Below, piece after piece: positions 41,971 to 53,890 of a stretch of DNA of 64,000 nucleotides. The stretch lies in contig NIVC01000750.1 in assembly GCA_002269645.1 (NCBI GenBank), positions 62,001 to 126,000 on the forward strand, given 5' to 3'. A program made the position numbers and the translations under genes. Position 1 is the stretch's first letter; each line of letters opens with the position of its first letter. The notes below the pieces were generated by a model. It searched no databases and was not told the origin of the DNA. It was given only the letters and a program-made list of their open reading frames with translations. The DNA comes from Macrostomum lignano (Eukaryota).

Positions 41971-43817
41971 CAGGGATTGCAATCCCGGAATTGGGCCCAA
42001 GTCCCAGGATTTGGGGTACACCAAATTCATCAGCATCTAATTAATTTGTCAACACACCTAAAATAAGAAATTGACTGATATTGAATTTGTCAATAGGCCT
42101 AGCTAAAACAAGCTGAGGGAATTCATCAACAAGACAAACAGACTTGCTATAAAGTTTATTCCGTAATGCAATAACTGTAAATTTCTGTAATTCAATGAGC
42201 AAAATATTGCCAAAGACTTCAATAAGACTTTATAAGTACGTATTCTAAATGCACTTATGCATACACAATTCAAAATCTAAAAAATGGGGCAATCAATAAC
42301 AACAACAACAATACAAAATATGCAACCCCACATGCACAGTCACAGTTAGAGCAGGCCGTGTCAGATGGCACACTTCAGAGCCTGGGAACAAACAAAGTCC
42401 ACTCTATTGGCAGTGTCGGGTGCCCTAGAGTGCAAGAGCAGGCAGTCCATGTATTGACGGGTTCGGGCCTGACCCCGCCTAAATGGATCCTGCAAGGTGA
42501 GCAGCAGGATGTCTTGAACAGGTTGGGGGCAGAAGCCCTTGGCCCAGATCACATGACCCGCCAATTGAAGTTGTCGCCGGCGCAAAATGATAGATAGGCT
42601 CTGCAGCTTGGCCCAATTGGGTAGGGCCCTATTGGAATAAATGTTGAAAACCCGCGGATATGCGCTTTAGAAAAGAGTCAAACTATTTTACCACGCTTTA
42701 GGATTTTTAGAGACGTTCCAAAAGATCTGCAGTTTCATCGAAATCAAAATTCACTAACTTTCCAAAATCAAAATCAAAATTTCCCAAAATCATAATTCAG
42801 AAAAATAAAGTTTAGTATGATCAGCACTCACTTTTTCACTTTCAATTTACTGCTTAAGCAAACAGTAATACATTTATATGTAGTAGAAATATTTTTAGCA
42901 AATTTTTAGGCACTACCAAAATTTTCACTTCTAAATTTTTTTCAAAATTGAAATTTGCTCTAAAAAATTTCAAATTTTGAAAAATTGAAATTGAATTTTT
43001 AGAACATCAGCTTAATAAATTACAAGAGTATAAGCCCCTTCCATAGAGGTATTATACCCATTTCCATATATATGTATTTGCTAAAGTAGCAGCCAGTAAA
43101 AAAGGGCAGTGCACGCACAGGCGCAGCTGCCCTCGCTTTAGAAAAATTCCAAAAGTGCGCCGGACACCATCTGCGGTTTTACAACTTTATATATTAGTGA
43201 TTTCATTATTTCATTTCATTTAAAACTTCATTATTATGCCTCATTTGTGGTATTGCAATGCACCAAATAACCTTTTACTCCTTTTTTAGTCTCATTTTGT
43301 CTACTAGGGGGCAAGGGGGTGACCACCCAACATTGCATCTCCTTCCCCCCCCCCCAACTAGAGATATGCCACCATTGGCAACCTAGGATTTGGGGTCCCA
43401 AATCCTGGGACAAATTTTTGTTATTATTTTTATAAAAAGTTTTATAATATAAATATAATTAGTTTATTATACTATGATAATTTCTAATAATTGCCTCATA
43501 TGGTGTGGGACCTTTTTAAACCCTATATTACAAATTAATGTGTAAAATTTATTTTAGTATAAATTTTGATACATTATATGCTTCATTATTACTAATACTT
43601 TCATACTACTTACTTAAATATGTCACAAGATGATGCTGTATTCTATCTCCAAATAGATCATAGGCTTTATAAAAATACAATAGAAGCAAAAAATGTTTAG
43701 CACATATTTTGCCTGGCTTAAAATTCCAACTTAGGATTGAATGCTGGGATTGGCCAAATTCTAAGATTAAATCCCAGGATCCTATGATTGTTAAAGTCTA
43801 AGATTTTGCAATCCTTA
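41971..43817. mobile_element. Possible decayed hAT-like element with nested insertions
   Basis: Left end CAGGGATTGCAATCCCGG; imperfect inverted end TTGCAATCCTTA; GGGATT/AATCCC subterminal motifs. No clean TSD. Confidence 0.35.
42345..42600 (-). mobile_element. 3' fragment of an RTE-like LINE ORF
   Basis: RRRQLQLAGHVI..PQPVQDILLL..RRGQART resembles the RTE-clade C-terminal RLxLAGH..RRGxxR motif. Confidence 0.65.
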
Positions 43818-44618
43818 GGCCTAGCCTAGGCCAAATTTTTGAAAGTAAAGTGTCTTTACTCATATAATCAAGCTCTTAGTCTTAGGCCTAGTCTAGTCTA
43901 GGCAGTAGACCCTATTCAGTATTCTATTATATTATATCAAGACAAGATACTGTAGTTTTTGAACTTTTAAAATTCAAAATCTCATTGAAGCCCTTTCCTC
44001 CTAATATTATTATTAATATTAGCATTGATAGATAGGCCACAAGGCCTAGAAACTAGAATAGTATAAATAGGCCTACTAGATATTAATTAAGTCTCAGGAA
44101 TAATCCCAAATCTCAATTGAATTTTGATTGTCTCAAAGGAACAAAAATAATGTGATGTTTTCTGACATTTATTATAGATTTAGATTTAACCTTTGACTTT
44201 AGTTGGTTATAGTTACCATATTGCAGATTGTTATATATACACAGGAAAATACTCTGCTATCTAGTAAAGTATATGCCAATAAAGTATAGGCCTATTAATT
44301 AGGTGTTCTAGTAAATTGTATGCCAATAAAATTGTGTGATTAACAAGCATAAAAACAATTCAACAAGCAATAGACCTAGCAAATAGTTGCTGCAGAATAA
44401 TAAAACCTAAATCATTTCAAAATAACAAAAATTAATAAAACAAAATAGTTTTGTGTATTATTGATTTGAATACATTCTTTACTAGTTTACTAATACTTTC
44501 TTAACTGTAAAAAATTGTCTATTCTTTAAAAAGCTAACTTATTGTCATATTTGAGAAAGTAACTTTATTATAGCAAAGGGTTGTTTAGTATAATTTATGC
44601 AATGATGTTAAATTCTTC

Positions 44619-44916
44619 CATACATGCGCAACCTCCGAAATTCGGTCGGCCATGCGACTTAGTTTTAACAAAAATGCGACGTAGTTTTTGGCCCAAAATG
44701 CGACTTACATGTAAAAAAACCCTAAAGCAAAATAAACGCAACTTTGGGTAAACGGCAGGAGTAACTATGACTGTTTTATTAAGCTAAAATGCCTCGTCAG
44801 CTACTTAGTACTACTCTTCAGGTTATTTTTTGGGTGGGCATTTTTGCGACTTCCTTGATTGGCCGCCAAATCGGTCGGCCGAATCGGCTGACTCGGCCGA
44901 CTGTTGCGCATGTATG
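44619..44916. mobile_element. 298-bp MITE with 14-bp TIR and 8-bp TSD (hAT-type)
   Basis: TIR CATACATGCGCAAC; AATTCTTC at 44611-44618 and 44917-44924. Confidence 0.85.
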
Positions 44917-46922
44917 AATTCTTCTATGCTTTTGTATGCTGCATCATAAGCTTGAATAAATATAGTTAAGAGTTGTAAGCCAATGATTGTGCTAAAATGA
45001 ATTTGTATTTTTTCTTTGTATACCAAATGTATATTAGCCAAAGCATTTGTATTCCAGAATTTTCCAGCATATACTATACCTGCAATATGGTATAGTTATA
45101 GAAACATATACTTTCTATATCTAGTTATAGTCCAATAAAGTAGTTTTCTACAATGTTTTACTTTATACATGCATTTAAAAGTACAAGTACTATTTTAACA
45201 CTAATAGGATAAAAAACAAAATTTGTTGATATCAGAATAAAAGCCATCAGATATTTGCCTAGACTACAGAATTTTAGGAAATTCTAGATTCATAGAATAA
45301 TTACTTAAAACATTTTAATTATAATTCATAAGTGAAAAACTTTTTATGATATCATTTTTAGTATATTTGGTAAATATATAGCCAGTTTATTTTGCTATAT
45401 TAAAAAATCTCATTTTAATTTTCTAATAATCATCAAAATGAGAAAAGATATATCCCTATCTCCCCTCCTAGCTAAACTACTAAGTATTTCTTATTTTGTT
45501 CTATTAGTATTCATATTCTATATCATATTGCAAACTGTTAAAAGCTAGAAAGTATTTAGCTATCTAGTAAAAAATATGCCAATGCCAATAAAGTATGTCA
45601 ATTAAGTGTAGAGTTCTGCTATAGCTATGGATATGGCTATAGGAAGTTATAGATAGAGATTTTTTGGCAAAGCATATGGATACAGGTATGTTTTTAGTTA
45701 TGGCAACATACCTAGTTTATGTATCTAGTAATTGAGAATTGAAAGACCATTGTAGCTATTGATTTAATAGGGTTACAGTAGTTGAAATAAATGAGTATTT
45801 ATAGTTTCATATTGAAAGAGTCCCTGGAAGTTTCAAAGTCCCTAGAAGTTGGGACTCTAGCATTAGCATATATTGTTAATGCCATTTCCACATTTTGGTT
45901 AGGTGGTAGGAGCTAAATTTAACATGAAAGTTTTCACTTTTAAAGGGGAGCTCTTAAGTCACTTCAATGATTTGAAGGCTTTAACTTAGCAATAGAAAAT
46001 TTCAGTGCAAAAGATTGAAGAAAAAATATTTATTAGTTTTAAAGCAAATCCTAGGCAATTTCTTCAACAAATTTGGCATGGCCCTAACAGATAATAGTAA
46101 ATGCTAAGCCTGCCAACTTTGCAAATCAAGGGTATGGTCAGACTGCCAAGTTTGTACTATGGATTCAAAGGTATATAGAAGAAGCTCTCTGCATTAGCCT
46201 TTAGACAGCCTTTTGTCATGTCTCAATTGAAAAAAGCATAGACTGGTTTGCTAAATTAACTGTACAAGATAATCATTGTACATGGGAATTAGTGTTGTGT
46301 TTTATGCGCTGATTTAGTGTTGAGCCAAAGGCTATTATCAAAAGAGCATAGCTTAAGTTGAATATATATTTTGTTTAAGCATATTCTGTGGTTTAAGGAT
46401 ATATGTCAAGGCAAGCCTTTATAGAGTCAGTCAGTAGCTGTTTAGGACAGACAAATAAGTTAACACTGGGACGACAACTTGGAATAAAGTTACCTTAGTA
46501 CATTGGAATTGGATCGGTATACAACAATTAGCCAAGCCCATTCTTGGATGGAATACTCAGCTGGACCCTAGACAGAGGCATTGTTAAAGAGAAATATTAG
46601 AATAGTTTCAGATAATGATCAATTGTCACAAGACCTCTGACACCATATAAATAAATAATAATTAGCACTGGGTTTCCCTACTGATTATTAAATTGCTTGC
46701 TAATGGTATTAAATGTATTGAAATAGCTATAATTGTTTTATTTCAAGGAATAAAAGCAATAAGGAAGATCAGTATATAGGATGTACAGAAACAGCTATAG
46801 TTGTTGATTTAAAAAATGGTTATTGTACTTTTGTTTATGTGCTAAGTTATAAGCACTTTTATTTATCAAAATTTTAAGGAAAAGTCAATATTAGTAAACT
46901 TGTTTAACTTTCTAATTTATTT

Positions 46923-49685
46923 CTGAAACTCTGCCAGTTCTGCAATGGTGAGGTGGCCAGAGCCACTCTGTCGCACGATAAGGCCTGCTTAGATTGCGGC
47001 GCAGTGCAAGACCAGGCTGTTAAAGTTGATTCAGCCACTGGGGCAACAGTTTTAATGGGTAGTTGCGAGCTTGTCACCGATCCAGATGCCGTTGGTGGAG
47101 CGCCGTTTGATACTGAAGGCATAGCGTTTGCTCAGGTAACTCATTTGTTTAATGGTGTCAGTAGCTGACCTGATTCAGGTTAGGTTTTGGGTTTTGGTTT
47201 AAATTATGCTTCAGGTTAAGATTTAGGTTAGGGTTGAGGTTAGGTTTAGATTAGGGTTTAGATTAGGTTTTAGGTTAGGGTTTAGATTAGGGTTTAGATT
47301 AGGTTTAAGAACGGGGTCTAGGTCAGGTTTTAGGTTAGGGTTTAGATTTGGTTTTAGATTAGGGTTTAGGTCAAGTTTTAGGTTAGGGTTTAAATTCGGT
47401 TTTAGATTAGGGTTTAGGTCAGGTTTTAGGTTAGGGTTTAGATTTGGTTTTAGATTGGGGTTTAGGTCAGGTTTTAGGTTAGGGTTTAGATTTGGTTTTA
47501 GATTAGGGTTTAGGTCAAGTTTTAGGTTAGGGTTTAGATTTGGTTTTAGATTAGGGTTTAGGTCAAGTTTTAGGTTAGGGTTTAGATTTGGTTTTAGATT
47601 AGGGTTTAGGTCAAGTTTTAGGTTAGGGTTTAGATTTGGTTTTAGATTAGGGTTTAGGTCAAGTTTTAAGTTAGGGTTTAGATTTGGTTTTAGATTAGGG
47701 TTTAGGTCAAGTTTTAGGTTAGGGTTTAGATTTGGTTTTAGATTAGGGTTTAGGTCAAGTTTTAGGTTAGGGTTTAGATTTGGTTTTAGATTAGGGTCTA
47801 GGTCAGGTTTTAGGTTAGGGTTTTGATTAGGTTTTATGTTACGGTTTACCGTAGATAAAGTTTTAAGTTAGGGTCTTGCTTTGGGTTCAATTGGATTTAG
47901 TCTTAAGTTTAGGTTAGGGTTTATATTTTAGATAGACTTGGATTTAATATTAGGGTTAGCAGTGTCACATTCTGGCAGTCAGTTGTCGTAGACAAGGAAC
48001 TAAGGATCTGTAATTCAGTCCAGTGCTGTCTGGCCTATACCATATCAATCTCAAATTTCAATTACCAGGCCCGGTCTCGGGTGGCTCTGGCTCGCTGCTT
48101 GGGTGTATCTAATGCAAACTCAAGTGCTAATCGTGCAGCAACAACAACTACTACTGATAGTAATAAGCTGTTGCTTCGAACGCCGCTCGGTCGCAGGATG
48201 TCTCGCAGGCTGGTTGGCCTGTCGCAAACGCTCGGCATTCGCAATCAAAGCGATTTAGACCGGATTCGCCTGGCGCTCGGACAGTTATTGGCCGAGAAGC
48301 CGAATATTCGAGAGTCCGGCCTGCGTGGCAAGTTAGCCTGCGTATTGCACCTGCTGTGTCCGGGGGTTAGTCTGGCAAAAGCTAAGCTTGTATGCCAGGC
48401 GCCTTCTTGCGCCAGTCTGAAAATTATGGAGTCTGTTAAACGTTCTCTAGTTGAACGCGGCTGGAACCTGACTGGAGGGTCCGCTGCGGCTTTTTTATGT
48501 GAAGATAATGAAGTAAGTGGCAAATCTTGCTAGTTACTGTACGTTTGAGGCAACAATTTAATCAATAGAGCATTGAGAAAGGAAATCCAGTTAATGTACA
48601 TTGGGATATTGGGTAGGAAATCCAGTTAATGTACATCCAGATATTGGGGTAGGAAATCCAGTTAATGTACATCCAGATATTGGGGTAGGAAATCCAGTTA
48701 ATGTACATTAAGATGGGGGTAGGATATCCAGTTAATGTACATTGGCATGGGGATAGGAAATTCAGTTAATTTTCATTGGGATGAGGGTAGGAAATCCAGT
48801 TAGTGTACATTGAGATGGGGGTAGGAAATCCAGTTAATGTTCATTGGGATGGGGGTAGGAAATCCAGTTAATGTACATCCAGATATTGGGGTAGGAAATC
48901 CAGTTAATGTACATCCAGATATTGGGGTAGGAAATCCAGTTAATGTACATTGAGATGGGGGTAGGAAATCCAGTTAATGTTCATTGGGATGGGGGTAGGA
49001 AATCCAGTTAATGTACATTAAGATGGGGGTAGGAAATCCAGTTAATGTACATTAAGATGGGGGTAGGAAATCCAGTTAATGTTTATTGGGATGGGGGTAG
49101 GAAATCCAGTCAATGTACATTGGAATGGGGGTAGGAAATCCAGTCAATGTACATTGGATGGGGTAGGAAATCCAGTCAATGTACATTAAGATGGGGGTAG
49201 GAAATCCAGTCAATGTACATTGGGATAATCGATGCAATGTACATGAAGTGCATTCTAACCAACCACTCCAGAACGCATTCTACTCTCTGCTATCGCCCGA
49301 TGGCGCTGCTCGTCACGCCAGCTCAGAAGTGGCAGCGGACGCGGCCGCACTGACGGACACTCTGGCATCGTCTTGGCGAGCCAGCAGCATTGCTAGATCA
49401 CGCCTGCGACGACTCGGCCTTTACTTGGCTCTGATGAAGCACGGTCTGACTAAAAACGAGATTCTGACAGCTCTAGCCGGGCCGATCAACCGGCGGGATC
49501 TTCATTTATTTTCTGAGGCCAAAGAGCAGGCTTTGAGACTGTTACGCCTGCATCCGCTGTTGCAGCATCGCGCAGACTTGACCGAAGCTCAACTGCATCG
49601 CTACCTGCAGGATCTCATCGATTGGAGGCAGCGGCTTGTGAAGGAACGACTGGCGCTGGTTGGCGATGCCGATTGCCCCCTGTAG
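46923..49685 (+). CDS. BRF2: TFIIB-family factor, BRF2-like (Zn ribbon plus two cyclin folds), ~356 aa. Exons ~46923-47135, 48069-48512, 49272-49685; start codon unresolved.
   Basis: Zn ribbon CQFC-x13-CLDCGAV. RRLVGLSQTLGI..NIRESGLRGKLACVLHLLC resembles repeat 1. AAALTDTLASSW..LGLYLA..EAKEQALRL..LQDLIDWRQRLVK aligns by eye with my recollection of human BRF2 (QLVELANETW..TFLAW..ELLAVLLRM..IGDLLQHRQSLVR). Phase-0 GT-AG introns. Confidence 0.6.
47170..47960 (+). repeat. Interstitial telomere-like array (TTAGGG variants) with a 48-bp higher-order unit
   Basis: Unit TTTAGGTCAAGTTTTAGGTTAGGGTTTAGATTTGGTTTTAGATTAGGG; lies in BRF2-like intron 1. Confidence 0.85.
48580..49225. repeat. ~34-bp minisatellite (GGGTAGGAAATCCAGTTAATGTACATT..), about 18 copies, in BRF2-like intron 2
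   Basis: Direct observation. Confidence 0.9.
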
Positions 49686-50317
49686 CGAAATTTACAATGT
49701 TCTAACTAAACTACTTACTACGTGCTTGTAAGTAGAAATTTAAGTTTTTTATCCTTTAATCTGAGAAAATAGCAACAAAATGTCTTTTTCTACTTATTCA
49801 GTAGCTGCGATAGGAAATATGATCAAATCATAATTTTTTTTCCTCATTATTGAAAAATTTTATATGCTACTTGCACTACTTACCGCTTTTAAGTGAGTAA
49901 AATTGTACATACTTTGTTCTCAGCTTGTTCTTAAACTAGTTAATTCCGATATCTATTTGCATTTAAATAATGATTTTAGAGTTTTTTGTCATATATTCTG
50001 TACTATTACTTTGGTATTAATTTCATGTTGGGCATGTAAAGTTACGCTCAGCAATTAACCACTTCTCTCTGCATTCAACTTTTTAAATAATGCGCTCGAC
50101 ACCGCAAGTTACACCGACTATAATATATCAAGTGCTGCTTTTTTACTACTTACAGTAGCGTATTCGACTCCTGTTGGTTTCTTAATTGAAATTTCGAAAT
50201 ATTCTTAGTCATAGGTGCTCTGTCTGCTTATTGGTATGATCTGCTCCTGGAAAATGTCAAGCAGTTTGGCTCTTGCTTTCAGTTCAATACGACTTTGGGA
50301 CTAGGCTAGGCTAACCA

Positions 50318-51880
50318 ATCAGTGAAATCCCAATCAGTGAAATCCCAATCAGTGAAATCCCAATCAGTAGAATCCCAATCAGTGAAATCCCAATCGGTGA
50401 AATCCCAATCAGTGGAATCCCACTCAGTGGAATCCCAATCAGTGCAATTTTCTCAGTGGAATCCCAATCAGTGCAATTTTCTCAGTGGAATCCCAATCAG
50501 TGAAATCCCAATCAGTGAAATCCAAATCAGTGAAATCCAAATCAGTCAAATCCCAATCGGTGGAGTCCTAATCGGTGGAGTCCCAATCGGTGGAATCCCA
50601 ATCAGTGGAATCCCAATCAGTAAATCAGTGAAATCCCAGTCAGTGGAGTCCCAATCGGTGGATTCCCAATCGGTGGATTCCCAATCAGTGGAATCCCAAT
50701 CAGTAAATCAGTGAAATCCTAGTCAGTGGAGTCCCAATCAGTGGAATCCCAATCAGTGGAATCCTCTCAGTGAAATCCAAATCAGTGGAGTCCCAATCGG
50801 TGAAATCCCAGTCAGTGGAGTCCCAATCAGTAAATCAGTGAAATCCCAGTCAGTGGAGTCCCAATCGGTGGATTCCCAATCGGTGGATTCCCAATCAGTG
50901 GAATCCCAATCAGTGGAATCCCAATCAGTGGAATCCTCTCAGTGAAATCCAAATCAGTGGAGTCCCAATCGGTGAAATCCCAGTCAGTGGAGTCCCAATC
51001 GGTGGATTCCCAATCAGTAAATCAGTGAAATCCCAGTCAGTGGAGTCCCAATCGGTGGATTCCCAATCGGTGGATTCCCAATCAGTGAAATCCCAGTCAG
51101 TGGAGTCCCAATCGGTGGATTCCCAATCGGTGGATTCCCAATCAGTGAAATCCCAATCAGTGGAATCCCAATCAGTGGAATCCCAATCAGTGGAATCCTC
51201 TCAGTGAAATCCAAATCAGTGGAGTCCCAATCGGTGAAATCCCAGTCAGTGGAGTCCCAATCGGTGGATTCCCAATCGGTGGATTCCCAATCAGTGAAAT
51301 CCCAGTCAGTGGAGTCCCAATCGGTGGATTCCCAATCGGTGGATTCCCAATCAGTGGAATCCCAATCAGTGGAATCCTCTCAGTGAAATCCAAATCAGTG
51401 GAGTCCCAATCGGTGAAATCCCAGTCAGTGGAGTCCCAATCGGTGGATTCCCAATCAGTAAATCAGTGAAATCCCAGTCAGTGGAGTCCCAATCGGTGGA
51501 TTCCCAATCGGTGGATTCCCAATCAGTGAAATCCCAGTCAGTGGAGTCCCAATCGGTGGATTCCCAATCGGTGGATTCCCAATCAGTGAAATCCCAATCA
51601 GTGGAATCCCAATCAGTGGAATCCCAATCAGTGGAATCCTCTCAGTGAAATCCAAATCAGTGGAGTCCCAATCGGTGAAATCCCAGTCAGTGGAGTCCCA
51701 ATCGGTGGATTCCCAATCAGTAAATCAGTGAAATCCCAGTCAGTGGAGTCCCAATCGGTGGAGTCCCAATGGGTGGAGTCCCAATCAGTGGAATCCCAAT
51801 CAGTCAAATCCCAATCAGTCAAATCCCAATCAGTGGAATCCCAATCAGTGGAATCCTCTCAGTGAAATCCCAATCAGTTG
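50318..51880. repeat. 15-bp minisatellite (GTG(G/A)AATCCCAATCA), about 100 copies, with higher-order blocks
   Basis: Direct observation; identical ORFs at 51025 and 51466 imply a 441-bp secondary duplication. Confidence 0.95.
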
Positions 51881-51955
51881 AATCCAACTCAATGAAAGTT
51901 TTTATAAAGAGAATTTTTTAGAGACTGACTAATTCCAATTTCCAGAACAAAGGTC

Positions 51956-52201
51956 ATGAGTTCGAATCCTACAAACACATTTATTGCTGCTTTTAAATCG
52001 AAACTCCGCACAGTGCCGAAGCACAAGCTGGTCACGGTGTTTCTGTTTGGCAGCTTGTTCTCGAGCGGTATTGGCTACTATAAGTATAGGTTCTCTGACG
52101 ATCACAGGTTAGACTTTATCGAGGCTGAGCTTGCTGAGATGAGAGCGAGGACTCGATTGCAGCAGCAGCAGCAGTTGGAATCCGCTCGCCAAGCGAAGTG
52201 A
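51956..52201 (+). CDS. Candidate 81-aa single-pass membrane microprotein
   Basis: Non-repetitive ORF: basic N-terminus, TM LVTVFLFGSLFSSGIGYY, charged helical tail. Acceptor-like aatttccag 10 nt before the ATG. No family recognised. Confidence 0.5.
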   Translation: MSSNPTNTFIAAFKSKLRTVPKHKLVTVFLFGSLFSSGIGYYKYRFSDDHRLDFIEAELAEMRARTRLQQQQQLESARQAK

Positions 52202-52254
52202 CCGCTTTTACTGCCTGCTTTTTGCTTGCTGGTACTGACTTCTTTGTTAAATCG

Positions 52255-52490
52255 CTAGAGGTAGGTGTGAGATCTAGAGAGGTAGATGTGAGATCTAGAA
52301 AGGTAGATGTGAGATCTAGAAAGGTAGATGTGAGATCTAGAAAGGTAGATGTGAGATCTAGAGAGGGAGGTGAGATTTAGAAAGGGAGATGTGAGATCTT
52401 AAGAGGTAGATGTGAGATCTAGAGAGGGAGGTGTGAGATCTAGAGAGGGCGATCTTAGATTTAAACAGGGAGGTGTGAGATCTAGAGAGA
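52255..52490. repeat. 21-bp minisatellite (GTGAGATCTAGAAAGGTAGAT), about 10 copies
   Basis: Direct observation. Confidence 0.85.
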
Positions 52491-53334
52491 GTTGTACCGA
52501 TACGCACCGTAGCTTTCAGGCGGAGTAGCTCGACTTTATTTATTACGCTTTTAATATTTTCATATCACTTTAATAGCATAAATTTTGTCACAGTCGTTAA
52601 AATGTATTCAGCTATAGTAAATACCGATGTACGTTGTTTAAATAAAATTCTAATTTATGTCATGCTTGAATTGTATGCTAAGAACTCAAATTTAATTAGC
52701 TATTAGCTATTTGAATATTTTATTTGAGCATGCATGTACACTCTGTGCAAACAGTAAACATGGAAATGAATTCTTTGATGAATTAATTAATTTAAAAAAC
52801 GCAGTTAAAATTTAATTTATCTAATACATAGATAATTCTTTATTCTACGCAAAGAAACGTGTGTATAATTTAACAAAATTTATGTCTTGTACATGGTAAG
52901 GATCGCATGCATTTACACGGCGTGTACATGAATTATGGTTACGGTTAGCATTGCGAAATATAAAAAATTGTTTTCTTATTTATAGAAAATGAATCTCTGG
53001 GTCTAAACATATAAAAATATGAAGATCAACTAAGTAATTAATCATTTTTAATCGCGGGAAATAAACAAGTACAGCTGCATGGTTTTTTAAAAAGTACGCT
53101 TGCAGTTAAGCTTGAGTTTTTATAATAATTGAATTTTAACAAAAACTACTAATAGTAGTTAAATTTGTGCGGTGTAGAAATAGGGAGATAAAAATAGTAA
53201 ATCGGATGTCGCATTCAACACTTCATGTTGCGTTTGCAATATCCAACATACAATGGGTGCGAGCACCCTGTGTTGCAGGGGAGTAGCATATGGCGCCTTT
53301 TGCACATGGTGATGGCGACAAATTATGAAATGGC

Positions 53335-53530
53335 GCCCCAATAACTGAGATGGTGCCACCAGAACTCAAATGGCGCCACCACAACTGAAATGGCACCACC
53401 ACAACTGAAATGGCGCCACCACAACTGAAATGGCACCACCACAACTGAAATGGCACCACCACAACTGAAATGGCGCCACCACAACTGAAATGGCACCACC
53501 AAAACTGAAATGGCGCCACTACAACTGAAA
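53335..53530. repeat. 20-bp minisatellite (ACAACTGAAATGGCACCACC), about 9 copies
   Basis: Direct observation. Confidence 0.9.
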
Positions 53531-53890
53531 TGCACGCACTCAAAATGAAAACGATGCCTTTGAAATGACATTTTCTCTACGGGTTTACAGTGAAAATCTA
53601 CGGGTAGAGACAATTGTGTTTCAACTGTTTAACAGTAAAGTATTTTAAACTATTTTTGGTTGCATTTAAAATGGATACCCATGCACATTATCCATATTAA
53701 TGGCAGTAGAAAGTTTCACGTTATAAACAGAAATATAGCAATTAATTATATATATAAGCTTGTTTCGTGTCGACTGGTAACATAGAAAAATAAGTGCGAC
53801 TTTGTGTGTCCAAAAGCATGTTAAACCTGTTCAGCAGTATCCCGGCAAGTACTGGAATCTGTTTCTTAGAAAAAAATCACAGCTCCATCA

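Noticed and set aside
44823-45041. 72-aa minus-strand ORF as a divergent gene
   Set aside because: It straddles the end of the hAT MITE; no gene features.
47455-47826. (GFRL)n ORF
   Set aside because: Translation of telomere-like repeats in an intron.
50322-51822. (ESQSV)n and (GIPLI)n ORFs
   Set aside because: Fragmented translations of the 15-bp array with frequent stops.
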